From contig BFEA01000042.1 in NCBI GenBank assembly GCA_003427395.1, positions 899,328-954,889 of the forward strand: 55,562 nt of DNA, given 5' to 3'. The translations under genes were made by a program, and so were the position numbers. The notes under the pieces are model-generated. The model saw only the letters and a list, made by a program, of their open reading frames with translations, ran no database searches and was not told where the DNA came from. The stretch comes from Chara braunii. Taxonomy: Eukaryota > Plantae > Charophyceae. Every line of letters starts with the position of its first letter. Positions within the stretch are counted from its first letter, which is position 1. Shown piece by piece: positions 48,346 through 55,562 of the stretch.

Positions 48346-49611
48346 AGTGAGAAACACTATCCTACTAAGCTCTGCAGTGAAAGAACTTGCCGCGTACACA
48401 CGACACACATAGCAAATCGGACCGACTCCTAAAATGTGACTCTGGCGAGCCGACGAACGCGAGGGGCGAAGACGCATCTTGAAGGCTGCTGTCCGATTGG
48501 CCCCGGATCTTTGCAGTGAGCGCTTTTGTCCGCAACCTGTGGCGGTTGCCCTCTTTATCGACGACCACACACACGCACACGCACACACACACACAAACAC
48601 GGACAGCGCACCAACTGACTTCCATGATTCCTATTTGACATTCTAGAGGAGCTAACTGCGCAAGAGACTCGAATAAGACTTTAGTCAGCCCAGAGGTACC
48701 GCAGCACTATAGCATCTCCAAATTTCCAGCTCCACAAACCGCCTTCTTTCTGCTGCCAGTTGCAAGGTTAGAACGTCAATCTCTGTTCGTTTCTCACTGA
48801 TAATGTGTTGTCCGCTTTTCGTATGGAGCCCGCAGGTCACGGATTCCGATTGGCAAATTGTGCAAGCCTATAAAGAACTAGCAAGCTGAGTGGCTGATGT
48901 CATCGAACCCTCGAACAAAATGCGGCAAAGGTCCAGGAACAAGCGAGATCCAGAACCCAACTCCTGACAAAACCGGGAACCTGGCACGGTGTCGGGCTTG
49001 GGGGGAGGCAGCCGCCCGACAACGGAACAAGACAGCGCAAGCGAACACAACGCACAAAAACGGATATCGCCGGAGGTCCATCCAGTGCGCGAAAAAGAAT
49101 GTGCATTGAGAGAAAGAAACATAATAATGTGGGACATTGAGAACGGGGTTGCCATTCACATAATTCTCATTTGAAAATTCTGTCAATGATGGAAACAGCA
49201 ATGATGGAAATGAAGAAAAGGGTGCGACTAGTCACATCACAAGTCTGATAAAAACGCTCATGTCCATTCCATTCTGCAAAGCTAAACATGAGCATAAAAC
49301 AGATCATACCAGAAGTGCGCAACGCTTGCTGCTGCGAACCAACAGCTCCAAGGAGCGTTAGCTGTAGTTAGAGAATAAGTTCGATTTTCGATAGGTGATC
49401 GTAGGAGTCAGTCGTTGTATTCTTTTTTAAAAGAACCAAAGATAGGCTTGCCATTAAAAAAAAAAAAACTTAATAAAAACATTCCTCGTTGCGAATAACG
49501 GCGGTTGCTGTCACAGGCTCCACAACATACGTAGGCAAGCCTCTTACCTAAAAAATGAAGATATTTGCAAGAACATGTGATCCCTTGCAGCTGTGGACAG
49601 CAGCTTGGCAC

Positions 49612-49895
49612 CTAGGAGAGGCTTGGTGGAGCAGTGTAAAGTGTCGTCTCTCTGAGCTTGCACAATGCCGCTGTGTCCAGCAACCACATATGAGAGACAG
49701 CGACAGCGTCAGACCCAGCCGCGGAGGCCAGAGCTTGAGCCTCTTTCCATCTCTGTAATGGAGGACATGCCTGAAGTTCTTCCGCACTGAGCTTGGCGGC
49801 ATCAACATTGCTCTGCTGAGATTGTCGAGGCATAGGAGGCGTGCTGCCATTGTAAAGGATGATGAGGGTTGGCTGGATGGATTCTGCACTTTTGC
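49612..49895 (-). CDS. BRCA1/BARD1-like protein, last coding exon (end of second BRCT)
   Basis: Acceptor tttgtttgcag, with phase 1 matching the previous exon. GKSAESIQPTLIILYN...RWKEAQALASAAGSDAVAVSHMWLLDTAALCKL..stop carries the BRCT W..D/S motif of plant BRCA1/BARD1. Confidence 0.85.
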
Positions 49896-50348
49896 CTGCA
49901 AACAAACAGAGTAACAGACGAAGAAGAAGAAGAGACTCAGCTACTGCAATGAATCCGCACTTTCTTTTTTCTGTTCTTAGTCTCTTTTCGGATCCAAAGA
50001 GATCCGAACAACAATTAAGAACCGGACTAGGTTCGTGCTCTACACAACCTGGATGACCTGTCGGGGAAAATCCAGACAAGCCAGAAAAGACTCAGGAAGA
50101 CAGCTTTTAGTTATGTCTTCGTTTTTTTTTTTTTTTTTTTTTTTTACTTGTCAAATGGAGTCCAAATCCAAAGTTGCCAAACAAATGGAGCCCAAATTCA
50201 AACTGGTCCCCAAAAACTTAAAAAAAGGGTGTAGGGTGGTCCAATCGGCGTCTCGAAGTGTATGCAGGGGGACCTAAAACACACAAAAGGGGGTGAACTG
50301 CAATTCATTAAAAACTTGAATATTCATTTATTTTTTTTTATTTTTTTT

Positions 50349-50449
50349 TTGGACCATTTCTCGATTTATGCGTGTCATGATCGTCCTTGCGCAGGGGCCA
50401 TGCGAATCTTCTCTGTATCGTTCCGAATTTAACGGATGTCCCAAAGGAC
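50349..50449 (-). pseudogene. U6: Full-length U6 retrocopy with poly(A) and a 12 bp TSD, intronic
   Basis: GTCCTTTGGGACATCCGTTAAATTCGGAACGATACAGAGAAGATTCGCATGGCCCCTGCGCAAGGA(cgatca)TGACACGCATAAATCGAGAAATGGTCC followed by an A tail. attcatttattt at 50322-50333 and 50455-50466. Confidence 0.92.
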
Positions 50450-50699
50450 TGAGCATTCATTTATTTATTTATTTTTTTCAACTTCTTTAAAGTTCTTTTG
50501 TTTTTTGAACTTGTTTCAGATCTAGAGCTTCTTTAGGAATTTTGATGTTGTCCTCAGTCAAAGTTGCAATCCTACCCAACACTGTTTGTCCTTCCCCCCC
50601 TGCAGAGAGAAAGCACAAAGTGCAACGCTGCTGGACACTGGCCATTCCATCGTTTTTGTCAACGCTTCCCGCTTCCCCCACACAAACACGACAACGTGA

Positions 50700-51220
50700 A
50701 GCTGCATGACATTCCCCTCCCCTCCTCCGCACAGAAAGTAAACGCAACTCCACGCTACACTCCCCTCCGCTCGCCTCGCCGCCATTCTGAAAGCTGCAAT
50801 GCCACTCACGCTCCACCTCATGTCCCCTCCACAATGAACGTGACATATCGTGCCCCTCGAAACTGAATGCTCGGCCGCATGCTTGCCGGCCGTAAGCAAC
50901 CTTGCCACCACCCCCACCATTCTGAAAGCTGCAATGGCACTCATTCTGAAAGCTGCAATGCCACTTGAAACTGCATGCTCGCCGGCATGCTCAATGACTG
51001 TGTGACGCTGCATGACATTCCCTTTCCCTCATCTGCACAGAGAGTAAATGTAACTCCACGCTACACTCCCCCTCGCCTCGCCGCCATCTAAAAGCCGCAA
51101 TGCCACTCAGGCTCCTCCCCCTTTCCCCTCCACACTAAACATGACATGTCATGCCACTCGAAACTGAATGCTCAGCCACAAGCTTGCCGGCGATAAGCAA
51201 AACCTTGCCACCACCCCCCA
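50700..51220. repeat. Imperfect tandem duplication (~310 bp period)
   Basis: gctgcatgacattccc...ctccacgctacactcccc...cttgccaccaccccc at ~50701 and ~51007. Confidence 0.8.
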
Positions 51221-51535
51221 CAACAGATGGGGGATGTGTGATGTGTTTTTAAAAAAAAGGGACTGCCCATCTCCCCCACTCCCCATGGGAAGCATCAAGA
51301 TACCACTCCACACTTCCTCTCCCCCTGTGCGTAGAAAGCATGATGCTTTTTTTTCCACTTTCTTTTCCACATGATGTGATGCCAAAGAAAGCGTCGAAAT
51401 ACTGCCCAGTACTTCCCCTCTGTCCCATGCATGGGAAGCATCATGCGATGCAAGAGAAAGCATTGCCATGCCTCTTCATTCTCTTTTACTCTCTCACATT
51501 CTTTGCATTCCCTTTTTTTTTTTCATTAAAAATCA

Positions 51536-51603
51536 TTAGACTGGTCAGAAGATTCAGAACAGATACTACACTTGATCCTTAGCGAAAGGGCCGAGAAAGG
51601 CAT
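51536..51603 (-). pseudogene. U2: U2 snRNA 5' fragment retrocopy
   Basis: ATGCCTTTCTCGGCCCTTTCGCTAAGGATCAAGTGTAGTATCTGTTCT is the plant U2 5' end including the branch-point recognition sequence GTAGTA. A-tract at 51513-51523. Confidence 0.88.
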
Positions 51604-51623
51604 CATTCTTCACATTCCTGTAA

Positions 51624-51647
51624 TAGCCAAAGGGCCACGAAAGGTAT
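51624..51647 (-). pseudogene. U2: Second, 24 nt U2 5' fragment
   Basis: ATACCTTTCGTGGCCCTTTGGCTA, compared with U2 ATACCTTTCTCGGCCTTTTGGCTA. Confidence 0.65.
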
Positions 51648-51954
51648 CATTCTTTGCATTCCTATTCCTCAAGTATAAGTTGCTTCAAACCCTCAGTCAT
51701 CGATCAACTACTGTTGAGTTGTGATGACTAATGATCATGATCCATCTGTCAAGTCCAACATATGCTGCGAGCCAAAGCAATTTCATAGAACACGTGCATC
51801 ATTGCTGTACGTCCGTCACACTGACGCTGTAGTTTCTTTCACTTTTTCTATTCTGCTTATGTAACTTTATGATCAACCCATTGCACTCAATCATGAAGAA
51901 AAAAACAGCACTTACACCCATCTCTCGGGTGAGATTCCTTGAGACATGATACTT

Positions 51955-52036
51955 AAAAACAGCCCATATGAGAGATAGGGGCGCTGATACGAGCAGATGC
52001 CTCTGTCTCCCCCGGGGGGGCTCCATCTATTGGTGA
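51955..52036 (-). mobile_element. 82 bp retroposon 3' tail with a 16 bp TSD
   Basis: ttgagacatgatactt at 51939-51954 and 52037-52052. The insert reads ccaatagatggagcccc...tctgctcgtatcagc...ctgttttt and is homologous to the LINE B tail. Confidence 0.8.
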
Positions 52037-52094
52037 TTGAGACATGATACTTGTTGGGTTAGCAATGGAAAACACAGTGTTACTTGGTTCTTAC

Positions 52095-52245
52095 CTCCAT
52101 CAGCCGTTAATTTCACGCAAGCCTCTGGAGTTTGTGGAAGCACTGTTCCGCCACCAGCAGTGACGATTCTTAAGATGTCCGACTTTGATGGCAGGCCGAA
52201 CTCCCCACACAAGTAGAAGCGAAGACCGCCAAGCAACGGAGGTGC
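52095..52245 (-). CDS. BRCA1/BARD1-like protein, internal exon (start of second BRCT)
   Basis: tgcag|APPLLGGLRFYLCGEFGLPSKSDILRIVTAGGGTVL...G|gtaag. 151 bp, phase 0 to phase 1. Confidence 0.88.
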
Positions 52246-52480
52246 CTGCACAAACACATAAACAAAACCCAATTCACAAAGTCAATAAAAAAGGATCATG
52301 ACACTGATGATGATGATGGTGAAGAAGAAGAAGAAGAAGAAGAAGAAGAAGATGACGACAATGATGATGATGATGACACCGATGATGACGAGCAAGCAAT
52401 GAAGGCGCCTAAAACACATAAACCAAACTCTACTCACAAACTCTTTCAAAAAGGATCATGGCACTGATGATAATGCTGAC

Positions 52481-52529
<49 letters not shown>

Positions 52530-53115
52530 GCACACACAAACTGAACTCCATAACAAACTCAGCCATATTTGCCATTAGATGCTGGAGGATAGTAATGAAG
52601 CCCAGTATTGCACAAGGTCTAAAGCATTGGACAGTCAGCAACATGGACGAGACTGACGGTATGAGATCACTGACGGTTCGGGTCTTCCGGTGAGAGTCAT
52701 ACGCAAAGTACATTTAATCGGACCCAGGAAGGCAATGCGATGTTGTTCAGACTTGCAGGGATCTTATTATGTAATTGCTTAATCCAGTCCAGTCAGACCA
52801 TACTGCTATTCAGACCAATAACATGATTTCTGTTTTTCTAAAGCTAAAAAAATGTGTCGGGACAAACGCTCACTGAAGTCTAGGGAAACATTGCAAATAT
52901 TCAAAGTGAGATATACAAGCCGCCCAGGGCCATAAGAACCTGTTTTATGGAAAAAAAAATAAAAAAAATCAGAAAAATACAGAAATTTTTGAGAAATAAA
53001 AAAACGAGTACACAAACCGACATTAAAGGTCACCTGAAAAAAAAGAGGTTTTAAACTTTAGACGGAGACATGCAGGGATTTCACATAAACAAAAGGTAAT
53101 CGGAATTACACATAC

Positions 53116-53234
53116 CTTAGACAACTGGCGAATACGGCCTTGATTTGGGCCGTCATAGGCTCCATGTGCATCCCCAATAACCTCAAATGGTTCTTCTGCT
53201 ACAGGCCTCCCGGCTTTGCGGCACGCAATCAGCC
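53116..53234 (-). CDS. BRCA1/BARD1-like protein, internal exon (end of first BRCT and linker)
   Basis: ttttcag|(W)LIACRKAGRPVAEEPFEVIGDAHGAYDGPNQGRIRQLSK|gtatg matches the W..AC......EE.YEI..D..G...GP..GR motif. Upstream exons were not identified in this window. Confidence 0.9.
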
Positions 53235-53489
53235 CTGAAAATGACAAAGGAGAGAGAAAGATCATTAGCAGCAGATTCATCGATCACTTCACACACGAGT
53301 CATTCCTGTGTCACTCGATTATTCAGTGAATGGTCTGTCTACCGAAGCTACCGGCCCAGATAGATTCTTGGCCCGCCTAGCTGTCCCGAATATCCGGCCA
53401 GACATCCGGGACAGCAGGCTTGGGATGGGTAGGTCCAAGCTCGCATAAAGAACTTCAAAAAAATCTGGAAAAAGAAAACGTTGTAGAGT

Positions 53490-53576
53490 ATACCTTCCTT
53501 GGCCTTTCGGCTAAAAGATCCGAGTGTAGTATCTGCTCTGATCAGTTTAACATCTGATCCATGGTCCATTGGGACA
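53490..53576 (+). pseudogene. U2: U2 snRNA 5' ~85 nt retrocopy with poly(A)
   Basis: ATACCTTCCTTGGCCTTTCGGCTAAAAGATCCGAGTGTAGTATCTGCTCTGATCAGTTTAACATCTGAT...; truncated before the Sm site and followed by an A-tract. Confidence 0.88.
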
Positions 53577-53964
53577 TTAAAAAAAAAAAAAAACTCGTCG
53601 AGGATTCCAAAACATACTTGCAACTGCACATGCGCTGCACACATGCACCATCGTGCAGATTCTGGTGCAATTTCCTTTTTTAAGTTAAAAAAAAAAGGAC
53701 GTAAACATCGTAAAGAGAGAGAAAGCAAAACCTAATATCATATACGTTTTTGGAATTTTTGGCTTCTTTGCTCCTTGTATTCTTTTTTGTGTCAACGCAT
53801 CTTCCACTCCGGCAGTGTGCCGCACGTACGGAAAATCACAAACGGCATGCGCTTGCAAGTATTGCTCCAAATCAAACAACTTTCGGCTAGTGTCACCTCC
53901 AGATTAATGCAACTGAAAACATAAAAACGAAAATGGATTTTGGACATCGAAGGTTTTGATGTCC

Positions 53965-54153
53965 TCGCATCCGGGTTCGAAATCCCGGCCCAGACACCCT
54001 GGCAGGCCATGATAGCCAAAGTTCTCTCCTCAACTGAGAGAACTCCCACAATCAATTGTAAGAGACTGGTCTCCCCCCCAGGTGTTAGCGGTGTCTGCTC
54101 TTATCAGCACCACTAACACTAACGGGGGTGTGTTAAAAAAAAAAAAAAAAAAA
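53965..54153 (+). mobile_element. tRNA-derived SINE (5'-truncated head) with a LINE B-like tail
   Basis: T-arm/B-box CCGGGTTCGAAATCCCGG followed by CCCAGACA (similar to the tRNA-Val 3' acceptor). The tail 54071-54134 is nearly identical to 41551-41612. Poly(A) follows. Confidence 0.75.
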
Positions 54154-54361
54154 AGAAGACCGGTCTTACAGTCAAGGATACAATTGCAAGCTGATCTGCA
54201 GAAGCATGCTAGACACATAGCCATTGGCCCAGGAAAAAAAAAAAAAAGACATCCTTTTTTCAATCTGCCGCAAAAAGGTTCTGACTACTGTTGCGACAGA
54301 TACGTTGAAGGCTTGGTACGAGAAAGTTTCCAGACAAAGGAGAGAAAGCACAGCCAAACGC

Positions 54362-54810
54362 TAGGATGATTTTCATGCCCGGCAGGGCACCCGGGAGTGC
54401 AATTCTTTATTTTTTTGTTTTTGTTTTTGTTTTTGATTTTTCTCCTTTCTGCGCTCTCCCAGAGGACCCCAAATCGGAGCTCTTTTCATTTTTTGAGAGT
54501 TGGATGTCAAGGGGGGGGAAGGGGGATATAGATTTGTTTTAAAGGGGCTAAGGGTGTTTCAAGGGGGGTGCCTTGGTGTGATGTTGTTATTTTCTTTTCT
54601 ATCTCCGATTCGGTGACGAATTCAAAAGTTGTTTGTATTGCATTTCTACACAACATATTTTTTCCTGGAATTTTTTGACTTTCGTTTTTTTATTTTTATT
54701 TTTTTGTGCTGGGGCTGCCCGGAACCCTGCCCGACGGTCATGCGCGGCCGGACACCCAGGCCTGTATCCGGGCAGAAGTTGAGTGCCCCGGCGCCCGGAA
54801 AAACAGCCTA
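54362..54810. mobile_element. Non-autonomous hAT-like element
   Basis: TAGGATGATTTTC ... GAAAAACAGCCTA imperfect TIR, with GC-rich CCCGG subterminal motifs. No TSD. Confidence 0.45.
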
Positions 54811-55447
54811 AGTCTAAACCATAATCTTTTATTGCTTTTGAAACTACCACAAGCTCCGAGCCTCTTTTTCCCAAGGCGCTTGTTACCCCCTGTGCGCCAA
54901 AAAAAAAGGACCGCCACAGTGCGTGTTTTCATTTTCTTATTGCTGGTGCCGCCAACCATTTTGGTCCGGTGGGGCACTGTTCATGCAAAGAACCCAAATT
55001 GACTCATTTTCGATTCTCAAGTTTGTCTGGGAGAGAGAGTGATGGTTGGTTGAGTTCAGAAGACCTTTGACCGTCCATTTTCTCAAGAACACGAATCAGA
55101 AAAAGTGTGACGGAAAACAACCTCAAAAAGTTTGAACCTGCTTTTTCAGAAAACTTTTCAGCCGACTATCTTACTTGTGCATTTAGAGGCTTCGGGTCGC
55201 GCTGGGTAATGCTGCGCTTCAGTGCCACGAAGGGAGGTTGATATCTGTTTCGCTGGAATCTCTCCTAGCTCACGAGGATAAGAGCATTGGCTTCTTTCTT
55301 CTTAACCCCATGTCTTTCTGTTGCAACCAATGCAGGTACCGGAAACGAAAGCGGGGGTTAGGGCCGTGGGTACGAGGAACGGTGCAGGCCCGTGAAATGC
55401 AGTCGGACACGAGGCCCTGGGGGGAATAGGAGGTGGATTGGCGATGT

Positions 55448-55544
55448 ATATTTCCGTCACAAAAAAAAAGAAGAATAAAAAAAAGTATGCCGGTGTTCTA
55501 GCGGGAGATCCGTTCGATTTTGCTCATCCTATCGACGGAAGTAT
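55448..55544. mobile_element. ~100 bp MITE-like element with a family-A-like core
   Basis: TIR atatttccgtc / gacggaagtat. The core tgttctagcgggagatccgttcgattttgc resembles tgttctagcggaggattcgttctcactttgc at 44014-44044. Confidence 0.45.
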
Positions 55545-55562
55545 CCTCTCTCTCTCTCTCTC

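Noticed and set aside
42642-48600. Possible second minus-strand gene (donor-like sites near 42642 and 44441)
   Set aside because: There is no recognisable protein motif or consistent exon chain. It needs transcript data.

Overview
Eukaryotic, repeat-dominated window from a green plant lineage. Plant-type U2/U6 sequences and plant-type BRCT exons point to this, and the repeat style suggests a streptophyte alga such as Chara (inference only). Only one host gene is supportable: the last three coding exons of a minus-strand BRCA1/BARD1-like tandem-BRCT gene (53234-53116, 52245-52095, 49895-49612). The rest is nested mobile DNA. (1) A Penelope-like element with GIY-YIG endonuclease N-terminal to RT and a separate upstream CCHC ORF, split by a ~4.6 kb LTR-like insert. 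(2) An L1/Tx1-type LINE with a clean internal inversion, and a second 5'-truncated LINE. (3) A PIF/Harbinger transposase relic and many MITEs. The most striking signal is a retroposition 'ecosystem'. There are nine U6- or U2-derived copies, several with A-tails and target-site duplications. A tRNA-headed SINE and several long non-coding retroposons share 3' hairpin modules with the LINE. Assembly artefacts (N gaps, a Nextera junction adapter) are also present. All calls were made by eye; no searches were run.
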